A DNA stretch of 62,807 nucleotides, filler included, from Pirum gemmata (taxonomy: Eukaryota), in assembly GCA_002812295.1 (NCBI GenBank). It is 14 parts of 14 records of this genome, joined end to end, with 100 filler letters (N's around TTAATTAATTAA, not from the genome) between each part and the next. Parts side by side here need not be neighbours in the genome. Positions count along the whole stretch, not along the records: positions 22,327 to 26,709 come from PDIN01001229.1; positions 26,810 to 31,172 come from PDIN01001230.1; positions 31,273 to 35,654 come from PDIN01001231.1; positions 35,755 to 40,137 come from PDIN01001232.1; 10 more parts are not named here. One strand, given 5' to 3'. Below the pieces are notes generated by a model. It was not told the origin of the DNA and did no database searches. It worked only from the letters and a program-made list of their open reading frames with translations. Positions 24,875 to 36,718 of this stretch are shown here, in pieces (the stretch's first letter is position 1; every line of letters begins with the position of its first letter). The position numbers and the translations under genes are program-made.

Positions 24875-25808
24875 ATGAATAGCCAAGTGGGTGATAACAA
24901 AAAAGGGAGGAGTAGGTCATATCAGCAACAAAGAAAGCTAAAAGCGCAACAAAAACAGCAATTGGATCAAAAAGAATTGCCTTCTTATAAAAGTGAAAAA
25001 CAAAACAAAACAAACAACATTGACGAAGGAAATAAAAAGACCTCAAATAGGAATGTTGACGAAAAACCGCTCAAAGGTACAAGTAATCTCCTTAATAACT
25101 CCAACCCAAATTCTACAAAAAATACGAATTTAATAAGAACAAAAGACTTAGTACGACAACCACAGCAAACTTATGTTCCGGCTGGTAAACGCCAAATGCA
25201 GGTGCGTAAGCCCTTATTTACCTTAACAGTAGAGCTAGAACGAACACAACCGAGTAAAACCGCCAGTGTGTTGGTTTATGAAGTAAGCATTTTGTTTTTT
25301 TGCTTTTTTGAAAAAAATATAACTAACAACAAATCCCATCATTTATCCCTCGCTCACCTCCTTCATTTGCTTGTTAGTATTGTTGTTGTTGTTGTTGTTG
25401 TTGTTATTTTTATTAGTGTTGGAACTGTTGTCATTGCGGCTGTTGGTTGATGGTTGTTCTTATTGTTCTTGTTGTTGTTGTTTGTTTGTTTTTTGTTGCT
25501 GTTGCGTTGGTTATTGGTTCTTACTTATTGCTTATTGCTTATTGTTTTGCTGCTACCGTTGTTGGTTGTTGGCTATTGTTGGCTGTTACTTATTGCTCAT
25601 TGCTGTTGTTGTTATTGTTGTTGTTGTTTGTCTTCTTCGTCAACGTTAATACTTTTAATAACTCCCATTTTATTTATAGAACGATGACTCACGATTAATT
25701 GGTAAAAGATTTGGAGTACAGCATAAACTTGGGACCGATAAGACTGCAGCCCTTTGCCTACTCCTAGAGAAAGAAATGCGAGTTCGTCAAAAAACAAATA
25801 CAAAGTAA
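24875..25808 (+). CDS. Two-exon protein (178 aa): low-complexity N/Q/K N-terminus plus a small C-terminal domain
   Basis: Exon 1 24875-25282 (donor GTAAGC); intron to 25679 (tatttatAG); exon 2 25680-25808 in frame: NDDSRLIGKRFGVQHKLGTDKTAALCLLLEKEMRVRQKTNTK*. Confidence 0.75.
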
Positions 25809-26254
25809 ATTCGCATTTTAATCAATACAAACTAAAAATAACTGCAATGTAGCTATTCCAACAATGCCCCACCCCAACAAACTGAAAAACCATTGAATTA
25901 AAGTGTTTACATCATGTGTATATTTATAGGGCCATTATTCCCATATTATTTTCCAAACCTTTTCATCGTTTATATGTAAATAAGCCGAATATACTACATC
26001 TGGGTCCTAGTTGGTCAACGTAAATTAAATTATAGTCGGTTTACCCCATTTTACTATAATTCAATGAAAGATATTAAAAACAATTATTTAAATCTTCTTC
26101 TAAAATCAAAAAATGATCACTTATTGGACTTTTTTTTTTTTTTTTTTATTATAAATAAAAATTAAAAAAAATGATTAACGGTTCAATGAAATAAAATACC
26201 TTGATTATCAATTGACACGTTGCACATTGGGTGGGCGATGACTGTAATTATCGG

Positions 26255-26483
26255 TTAAGAACTTTTTGGAGCAAAATTTATTTCGTTTGTCGAATCTATT
26301 GAAGACAAATCTAATTTTTTACGATTACCATATACTTTTGATCTCAAACGACGCTCCCTCTCTACTTCTTTTTTGTGCTCTGCTTTTCGACGTGACTCCA
26401 ATAGGTCTTGATCTAAATTAAAATTTATTTCCAGCGTATCTTCGCTAACGAAAGAAATAGGTTTTTTGCTTGTTTCACGCAGG
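26255..26483 (-). CDS. Terminal coding exon of an unknown gene (missed by the ORF track)
   Basis: Acceptor ttatataatatAG, then 1 nt plus 76 codons LRETSKKPISFVSEDTLEINFNLDQDLLESRRKAEHKKEVERERRLRSKVYGNRKKLDLSSIDSTNEINFAPKSS*. Higher GC than the flanks; converges on the 24875 gene. Confidence 0.7.
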
Positions 26484-26984
26484 CTATATTATATAAGAAA
26501 TAAATTTAGAATGTTTGTTTCCCTTACCACCCTTACTACATTGTTAACTTATAAATTATGGATATACTTTTAAAATTTTAAAAATAGAGTAAGAGAGGTT
26601 GTTATAAGTTAATGCTGTACCAGTAAATTGCCATAAATTAAATAAATAATGTGTATGATTAGGTATGTATCGAAATTTGTTAAGTACTTTTCGAGTTAAT
26701 TTTTTTTTTNNNNNNNNNNNNNNNNNNNNNNNNNNNNNNNNNNNNNNNNNNNNTTAATTAATTAANNNNNNNNNNNNNNNNNNNNNNNNNNNNNNNNNNN
26801 NNNNNNNNNTTATTATTGTTATTATTGTTATTATCGTTATTATTGTTATTATTGTTATTATTGTTATTATTGCTTTTATTGTTAATATTGTTATTGCTAT
26901 TAATATTATTATTTATCATTAACTAATAACTATTTATTATGTATTTTTATTAACGAGTATCGTTATTTTTTATTTTTTATTTTA

Positions 26985-27023
<39 letters not shown>

Positions 27024-28661
27024 TTTATTATTATTATTATCATGTCGGTACTTGTAAATTCTGTTTAAAATAGACTCCCATAGAATATTACATACTAATA
27101 ATTATAAGGAATAAAGAGAGAAGTTCATTTTACATCTGAAACAAAACTACTACTATTATTATTGCTACTACTAGTACTAGAACACGTTTTCGGGTAAAAG
27201 TTGGATTCTTTTAATATATTTTTAATTTAGACATTTCTGTTGTAAACATACTATAATTCATTTATTTCATCGAAAGTGTTGATAGAACTTAACAATATAA
27301 TTATATCTACATTGGTTGCTATAATTAATATATCCATTATTATTAATCACATATTATGTGACCTGTACAGGAATTCTGTAACCAACCATAACCATAACCA
27401 TAACCGTAGCCATGACCGTAACCATAACCATAACCTCGATCTTGACCGTAAACTTATATTAAAAACTTAAAACCTTAGCCGTAGCCTTAACCGTAACAGC
27501 TCCGTAACCCTAATAATAATAATAACTCTTATCACCCTCTCTACCCTTAATTAATAATATTATACTCCTTATTAAATGGCATCACGCTTCCTTTTAACAA
27601 TGTTTTTTTAATTCAAGAGAGAGTGATGAGGTTCGTTTAACGTTGGACTTGTGTTATTATAATAAATACAAGTTTTCTTCTATCATATTACCCATCTCTC
27701 CTATCTCTCTTTCTGTATATATAATAGATATATTAGAATATATATTATAGATAATCTAGCTAGCTGGGCCTACAACTTGTTTCTACTAGCAACTTGTTTA
27801 TGATCTATCATAAGTAGCTAGCTAGGTTTAGTCAAGGTGGTATCGACGTAGTGGTATCGACGTACTACTATGATCAGCTGACTATGATACTTAGACAATC
27901 AAAGTCTACAATATATGGTACACAATACATTTTTCGACAGTTTCTTCAACAGTTTCTTCGACTCTACAAATTGACTACAATGGTCTAGTCTACATCAGTT
28001 CTACATCTGAAAAAAAAGAGAGATAAGAAATGGTTGGAAATTTTCGCTGAACGAATCATGGTGATTGTATCACACTCTTTTGGACGATTTTCAACATTCT
28101 GCTAGTCTGAGTCTAGTCTGCTACATTCTGAAATTTCTGATTTACCAGTGGTCTACTACTTTCTGATTTCATCTTCGAATCTGATTTCATTCAATCTTGG
28201 ATATCTTATGACCCTTATGAGAAGGGGTAGTTGGAAATATGAAATATTTTAAAAAGCAAACCACAGTCAAACTATTATGTCATTTTAACTCATTTTTGTA
28301 ATTAAATTTGCGTCATTTTTTTCGAAAAAAACTACATGACACAATATTCATTCTTTAGGCCCTATCATATTTGCTTAGAAGTGGCCCAGAAAAAAAGAGG
28401 AATAATTTACATTTCACAAAATCACATGATACACTGTTTCAACCACTGCTGTTAGAGACAGGGGGCAGCGTGTGGAGGAGAATCTGGAGACCCAGATGAC
28501 AAGAAAGGACCGAAATTTTTGGTTCCCATTTTTTTGTTTTTTTTTTTTTTTTTTGGTTACCGTTTTTGGGCATTATTACGGTTTTAATAGTTCCTATGAT
28601 ATCATAGCTAGACCCTATATCAGTGATACTATAATATTATAGATGATAGACTGTCTTGTAT

Positions 28662-28802
28662 GGAAGCGTTCAAGTAATACGTCACGTCAAGAGGTAAGTA
28701 AGTAGGTGGTATTTGACCGAAAATTAATGTCGAGGGGTAGATAGGGGTATTTGAAGCTGTATTTGACCAGACATTGGTGTTACGTAGTATTTGAACGCTC
28801 CC
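28662..28802. mobile_element. MITE family D copy
   Basis: GGAAGCGTTCAAGTAATACGT...ACGTAGTATTTGAACGCTCCC inverted termini. Confidence 0.8.
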
Positions 28803-29979
28803 TATGATGGACTCGATTGGTAGACCCTGGTATTCATAGACCCCAACTACACCTTTTTTTGAGCTTTTTTTTGGCTTTTTTGTCTGGGTTTTTTCTTTTA
28901 CCATACATAGTATAAACATTCAACTATAAATATCATACCGGTATCAATCATATCATTAATACTAAATAAAATAAATATATAATTATTAATTATAAATGAC
29001 ATTAATTGTAAATACAATAATTTATCTTTGTAAATTATGTTCTTTCTAACACCTGATTGTGGATACCGGTAGTACTAGTGTTACTTACTTTTTTTATTAA
29101 GGATAATAAAGTTAATTTAAAATGTTCATATTTTAATATAGTTATTATTTTGTACTCATAAAGATGTTACAATATCGATAATAATAGGGAAAATAAACAC
29201 TAAAGCAACTAAATGATACTCTCGTTTTTAAAATTTGTCAGTATATATTTGATGTGTTAATTATTATTAAAAACATAGTGTCCCGACTCCCTAATAATTG
29301 AGTGACTCTCGGAGTGAGTCACCGCCGGGCTGTGAGTGACTGAGAGTGCTGGCTGAGTGACTTGGAGTCAGAGGGAGTGAGCAGTCCATGATTGAGGGAT
29401 GGAAGTTTATGGAACATCACGTAGTCTAGTAGCTAGTAGTCTGAAATTGTAGTCTGCAATCTATTAGTCTAGCTAGTACAAAATTACGACTATTTCAGTA
29501 GTAAAAAATTTAATGTAAAATCAATAAAATGTTAATACCATTTTTTAGCATTTTTTTCAGTATTTTTCCCCTTTCTTTCGAGACTTCGCCCTTTTCTCTG
29601 ATCGAGCCCGAGCACACTCCGAGTCCGAGAACCCCATTTTGAGTCCCGAATTCGTGGAACTTTGAATCCGCATACACTCATGCAGCTGACTCCATGAGAC
29701 TACTCCACGCTGAGTCCACAGTACCATAGTCCTAGCTAGTAGAAAGAACGGAAAGAACAACTGAAAATATACTAGCTACTTAGACTAGCTACTATCAATA
29801 TCGATACTATCATACTAGTAGAGCTAGCTAGTAGCATAGCTCTTTGTACAGGTATAAAGTATCATGATACAATTTAAGTACTATCATACCATAGCTACTA
29901 CTAACTAAATTGATAACGCAGTGTTGATACAATCTAGCTAGTAGTAGTCTAGTAGTCATCAAGAGAAAAAAAAAATTCG

Positions 29980-30017
<38 letters not shown>

Positions 30018-30149
30018 GTTCATATCGGTACTATATCGGTATAGCTATCGGTATGTATATCTAAATATATAGGATAATAATGGGCCGATAATAATTATAC
30101 TAATATAATGTCATAGTTTATAAATTATAATAATACATCATTGATACTT

Positions 30150-31110
30150 CATTGATTCATTATGATGTATTATTGACAATTATTATGAGATTCCAAATAT
30201 GTCAAAATCCTCATAATGATGACATTGTATACCGTGGTATTTATTATATACTGAGGGGTATGATATATCTATAGACTATATGATATGATATCGTCTTATT
30301 TCATAACAGTTGTCCTCTTAATCTTTAATTTGGTACTGTTTAATTAGGTGTATACCGATAATTGAATTTGTTTATAAATGAAACATCTAAGTATAAATAC
30401 CAAATTAGTTAAAACATGTCTGATACCTAGTTTAACCCTAATAATAATTTGTAGGTTTATTTTAGTTTTTGTTGTATCATATCATATGTATGATAAATTA
30501 TAGCATATAGACGAAGGTCTATCTAGTCTATAATTTCTATAATACATCATTATTCATTATGATGTATCGTGCTTTTCAGTTTTTTTGTCATAATAAAATA
30601 TAAAATAAAGCGTACCAAATTAATACTAAATAAATCCATTTCATTTAATTTAGGGTTAGGGTTAGGCCCTAACCCTAACCCTAACCCTAACCCTAACCCT
30701 AACCCTAACCCGTATATTTTATTATCTATTTATTCATTTAAAAATGTAAACTTAAATATTATAACCAACCAAATAAATATTCAGATTGACAAAACAAATG
30801 AAAAGCACAATATTATATTAACTAATTATCGATAATGAGATTCCAAATAATGTCAAAATCATCATAATGATGTATGATATATAATATTATATACTGAGGC
30901 TATACTGAGGGTATAATATTATTATATAGACTATAATGATATCGTCTTATTTCATTACAGTTGTCTTCTCAATCTTTCATTTGTACTGTTTAAGTGTATA
31001 ATTGAACGTTTTTATAATAAAATGCAACATAAAATATAAAATACCAAATTTGATTAAAACATGTCTGATAGTTCTCTGATAGTTTAACCCTGATAATAAT
31101 TTGGTAGTGT
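30150..31110 (+). repeat. Local segmental duplication; both copies carry a family B MITE (about 30291 and 30942) and the second also carries a family A MITE
   Basis: ATTCATTATGATGTAT...ATGAGATTCCAAATA..TGTCAAAATC..TATACTGAGG..ATCGTCTTATTTCAT occurs twice. Confidence 0.8.
30567..30810. mobile_element. MITE family A copy containing a head-to-head telomeric repeat insert (30650-30711)
   Basis: TA[TCGTGCTTTTCAG...TGAAAAGCACAA]TA, with an empty paralogous site GATG-TA-TTATT near 30168. The interior is split by (TTAGGG)2TTAGG(CCCTAA)7CCC. Confidence 0.9.
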
Positions 31111-31331
31111 TATTGTAATAAACTTTATGTTTTAGTTATAATTGTGTATTTGTTCTTTATTTTTACTGTTCTNNNNNNNNNNNNNNNNNNNNNNNNNNNN
31201 NNNNNNNNNNNNNNNNTTAATTAATTAANNNNNNNNNNNNNNNNNNNNNNNNNNNNNNNNNNNNNNNNNNNNACCCCCTCTCGTACCAGCTTGACCTACT
31301 ACTCAAATAGCCAGACCGGTAGACTAATCTA

Positions 31332-31515
31332 TTGTGTTTTTCAATAGTGTTGTCCAGTTCAAAAACTGAAATAAACATAATATATCAAATTATTATTATA
31401 GTTAAACTATCGAACATTTTTTTTTAAATTGATTTGGTATTTTATATTATAAACAAGTTCAATTATGCCCTTTTATTAAACAGTATCCTACCCAATTAAA
31501 GATTGAAAGGATAAC
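31332..31515 (-). mobile_element. MITE family B copy (reverse)
   Basis: TTGTGTTTTTCAATAGTGTTGTCCAGTTCAAAAACTGAAATAAAC...CAATTAAAGATTGAAAGGATAAC. Confidence 0.75.
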
Positions 31516-32626
31516 TAAGTCTGTTAGTATAAAAAAATAAAAAATAAAAATACCCTTTCTGAGATTTTTTATGTACGTCACTTAATTTTATGACGTCATA
31601 ATATCCGTTTTAATTATAAAAAATGACGCAATACATTTTAAGTGTGTACAGCTTGTGTACCATTTAGTGTCACTCGTATTACTTGAGAGTAGAGAACAAA
31701 TCTTTTATCATACCAGAATAAGGCTCAGGATATCATAGTATTTTTTAAAATATAAATCATGTTATTAGACTATAGACTAGATTTTTATTGAAGAAGGTCT
31801 GTCTGGTTTCTCTTTCTACGCATATTATACATTATAAATATATCATAATAATTATAAATGGCACAAAAGCAGAGAAAAAATGTTCAGATTCGTTGGGTTT
31901 TAATTAAATTAGGTTAATTAAGATTAGGAAGTTGTTAAGAGTTTCGATCATAATTATGGCATTAGGTTAAAGAGTTTAATCAGGATATGATAATATTATT
32001 AATATGTGTATTATATATAGAATTTATTTATAAGTCTCTTCTTTTTATATTGAGCATATATTATAAATATATCGATCATAATTATGGCATTAGGTTTTAA
32101 GGTTAGGAAGTTGTTAATTAAGAGTTTCATCAGAGTCATATTGGAGGGGTGCCACCCTTCCTATACTACTATACTAGACTACTATCATACAATTTATTAT
32201 TAAAAACTGACCATTAGTTCATAATAAGAGTTTTCTTAGATGATTTCTGAAAATTTAATAATACTTTCATTAAAATTGGAGGCTTTTTTAAAATTTTGTC
32301 AGATTTGGGTTTCACTAGAATTTTTAGTTTTCAAACAAAAGTATTGATAATGTAATAGGTATTTAATAGGTTTAAAGGAGAAAAAAAAGTTCGGATTTGA
32401 AAGTATATTAATATAGGAATTTATCTAGACAAATGTCTACTAGTAGATCAGGTAACTTTTGTTTTGTGCGAACCCTCTCACTTTTTCAAGTCGAAGGCAA
32501 ATGTCTCCAGCTTTGTTTTGCAGACTCCGGCATGCGCTGGTGTGTCTACAAAAACAATAATTTTTTCATACCAAAGAAATGCACCACCTATTATTAGTTA
32601 TGCTGATGATTATTATTATGATGTAC

Positions 32627-32665
<39 letters not shown>

Positions 32666-32754
32666 TACGATTATTAATATTAAGCTTATGATTATAATGA
32701 TTATGATTATGATTATTATGATTATGATTATGATTATGATTATGAATATGAGTT

Positions 32755-35346
32755 TTAAAAAGAATTACAGAAATAACCACTAGACCAATTGGTCTCCGCT
32801 ACCAACATATAAATTGTCCCACTTACTACCATGCACATCAAACTTATACCACCAATTACAAATGGATAAAAGTAGCTACGATTGGCATTGTATACAGATT
32901 GAAACTTTAAAGATAAACCAACAGTGAATAATGAAAGTATGTTATGCAATACATAATTAAAAACATCACGTTGTTGTGGTTGTTGTGGTTCATTTAGCTT
33001 CCTTTCCTCTTGTAGCGCCGTTATCGTTGGTAGTATTTTCGGTTGTGACAGTGGTGTTGTTAATGTTTGAGGTTGTGTAGAATCCACGATTAAAGAATTA
33101 AAAACTACTTCATTATTAGCTTTTTTCAATATTTCATTCGAGTTATCATTAGTTGTACCACTACTACTGCTTTTCCCTTCAGTTTTCGATCCAATAGTTC
33201 TATCAGAAGCATCACCCTGTATAATCTTTTCATCACATGTACCACTAGAAAGTAAAGGGGCAGCATATGATTTACTATAAAGTCCAATCCACAATAAAAT
33301 AGGTGGTAAATAAGAATTTAAATTAACCATGAAAAATCCAGAAAACAAACTAACCAACAATGGAAAATTGGGAATTGCCAACACAATCGCAGTACTCAGT
33401 GCGACGGGAGCCATTGATACAAAACATCGTGTAGTATAAGATTTGAATGCATAAGGCTTTCGCTCGATTTCTTGAGGAGAGGACAACAGATTATGACAAC
33501 CCCAATGATTATACAAAATACCGTGAAACCATCTATTAACAACAAGTGAGCTTAGTATGAAATCCAATATTGTGCTTATTAAGACTGATACACTTACTAT
33601 AATAGAATAACTATCCCAAGAATACTCCAATGTAACAGGGTTTTGTATACTCCAGCCCCATAAAAACACGCCAGTCAACCCTGTTACTAAATATAAAACT
33701 AACTGTATACTGGTAGCTACTAATAATGCCTTTTTGTAATTTTTTCTTGCGTAATCAGTGGCTTCGGCCTGGGAAAGGATAATTAAATATTTAATATAAA
33801 AATATTGATGTCGATAATAATTAATAATAATAATAATAAAATACAATATAGTTGTACTAAATGAACACAATGACCAATACGTTCAAGAAACTATCATTAC
33901 AATTTAATAATCATAATAAATATATATATATGATCCGAAATAGTATGATCCAAAAAGTACGTAACCGATTATTGGAGGGGAAAGAAGGGGGGTGGAGTAT
34001 AGCAAGCGTTATGTGTGTATAGTGCAAATAGGTTATGAGTCGTGAGTAAAAGGATTTTTTTTTAATTTATTTTTTTAGTTACGTACTTTCTGGATCGTCT
34101 GTAAAACAAAGAAAGCTAGCTCCAACAGCAGTAACATATTAAAAACGGAAATACAAAAAAACCAACATGCAACACAACTAAAATACAAAAAAAACAACAT
34201 ACAAAATAACTAAAACTCAAAATAACCCAAAATACAAAAACCTAAAAAAAAAACGAAAAACAACATACCCAAAAAAAAAAAGCCAGGAAAAGGAAATTTA
34301 AATATGTGATATGATAATAATAATAATGAAAAAAACAAAACAAAATCCGAAATAGGAAAACAAGAAAGGCTAAAACGACAATAAGAACAAAAAAACAAGG
34401 AAAAAAATAAAAATTACAAAAAAATAATAATGCAAAAACCAAAAAAAAATAAAAAATAAAAAAAAACCCCCCAAAATAATACCAATAATAAAAGAAAAAA
34501 AACAAAAAAACAAAAAAACAAAACAAAAAAACAAAAAAACAAAACAAAAAAACAGAAAAACATAATACAAAACTAAAAGCCAATACAAAAACAAAAATCC
34601 AAAATACAAAAAACAAAACCGAAAATACAACTCACCACCACACAATACAAAAACAAAGAAAAAAAAAACACACACGCACAAAATGCAACCCACATTCACA
34701 TTTACAATTTTCAATATATGTAATAGTAGAAAAAAATAATATACCTGTGTTTCAGTGACTAAAAAGGTAGCTGCGTATAAATAAGCAACCGATCCTAATG
34801 CTAGGAAAATTTCATTCCACGCATTGTTAGGTGATCCAAAAGCTTTAACTGCGCCAGCATCCACAATATCATTTTGATATCGAACAAATCCATAAGGTAA
34901 CAAACCAGCACCTTTAACAATAACTACTATAAACATAACATAACCTAACCAAGTTGCATCTTTCCAATTATGACACAACTGGACTACAATGAACAAAAAT
35001 ACACCCATTATCAATATCCAATAACCATCACAACCCATAGGTCCAGTTTCACTAGGTTGTATCATGTAATTCAGTAAACTAGCGCTTAATTCAATAGCGA
35101 TTGGCAAGTAAAAAAACAAAAAACATATCTGAACACTAATACATAATATCCTACCTATCGACCCGCATAAATAATAGCCAACATCACCCAAACTATTGAC
35201 AACACCACCAACATTTCGAATTTCTTCAATAACATCTAAAAGAAAAAAAGCGGTGACCAGACACACCAACGACCACAAGATTATAAGCAACGGTCCTAAT
35301 ATATAGCCCAACTGGCCAATACACGATGGTAAGATGACCAAAACAC
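32755..35346 (-). CDS. Amino acid transporter, Aa_trans/AAAP-like family (5' exons missing)
   Basis: Exon 35346-34745 (GVLVILPSCIGQLGYILG fits the G.GVL.LP..F..LG..G TM1 pattern); optional microexon 34098-34087; last exon 33768-32755 (338 codons incl. stop). Many hydrophobic segments; canonical AG/GT with consistent phases. Confidence 0.85.
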
Positions 35347-36500
35347 CTAAAGCAAAAAAATCATATATTTTATAAATTCAAATTAGTTAATATGTTACAA
35401 AACAGATTCATTAACAATAAATAATAATGAATAAATAATAATAAATAAATAAGAATAAATAAATAATAATAAATAAATAATAAATAAATAATAATAATAA
35501 ATAAATAATAATAAATATTAGTAAATAATAAATAATTAAAACTAATAAAAAGTACTAAAAACTAATAAAAGCTAATAAAAACTAATAAAAACTAAAAAAA
35601 TATTAAATAAGTAATAATAAAAATAATAAAAATAATAAAAATAATATAATAACANNNNNNNNNNNNNNNNNNNNNNNNNNNNNNNNNNNNNNNNNNNNTT
35701 AATTAATTAANNNNNNNNNNNNNNNNNNNNNNNNNNNNNNNNNNNNNNNNNNNNTTTTTTTTTTTTTTTTTTTTTTTTGCGTAGTAGTAGCTAGCTAGTA
35801 ACTAGCTAGCCGTCACAGCTTAGTAGCTAGTAGCTATAGTCTACTGTCTACTAGCTAAAAAGCACCAAATTAATACCATATAAATCCATTTAATTTAATT
35901 TGGTATATTATACTATCTATTTATTAATTTAAAAATGTCAAATTAAGTATTATAACCAACCAAATAAGTATTCAGAGATGAAAAGCACTATAGCATGATT
36001 TTTTTGTTTTCTTATATATATTAATTTTTTTTTTCTTATTCTAAAGACTTATTTAGTTCATTAAAAGTCTACTCTTCTGAGTCTTCTGCCATTGAACTGC
36101 CAAATGCGCCAATGCGCAGCTCAATAGCTAGTAGCTAGTTCAATAGTTCAATGTGCCATGCGGTAGCCATGCGGCCATACAATATTATACGGTTTTATAC
36201 CATGCCCGCAAAAAAAAAAGTGATTTATAATTTTATAAGACTTTACTAGTAGACTTTTACAAGTATGCGTGCCGCGTGCGCACATGAAAGTAATCGATTT
36301 CCAAAAAAAAGACAAAATATATATAAGGACTATATAAGGACATTTATAAGGACTCGGTTTAAAAAAAATAAAAAAGTTACACAGCGAAAAAATTTAACGA
36401 AAAAAAGAAAAGCGAAAAATTTGCGAAATTCCACACAAAATTTCATCTAGACGATAGAAGTTTCATAGAGTGATAGAAAGTATAGCTAGCTAGCTAGTAG

Positions 36501-36718
36501 CAGGAGGGGTGAGAACTCTTATGGCGAACTTTTTTGACCGAGGCACAAAGTAAATGTTGTCCGCCTGTTTCGCCTTACCATATTTAGTATTTGTAATTAT
36601 TTATTTAGTAACTACCTATTTAAGTAGTTACTTTAAAAAGAGTTCATTATACTATTTATAGTAACTTCGCCGGTCCGAGCATCCAATTGGTAAGATGACG
36701 TCATCTCATCCCTCCCTC
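36501..36718. mobile_element. Diverged relative of MITE family F
   Basis: CAGGAGGGGTGAGA...TCTCATCCCTCC termini resemble the family F TIRs. Confidence 0.45.

Noticed and set aside
25371..25698. Cys/Leu/Val-rich ORFs
   Set aside because: GTT-rich intron of the 24875 gene.
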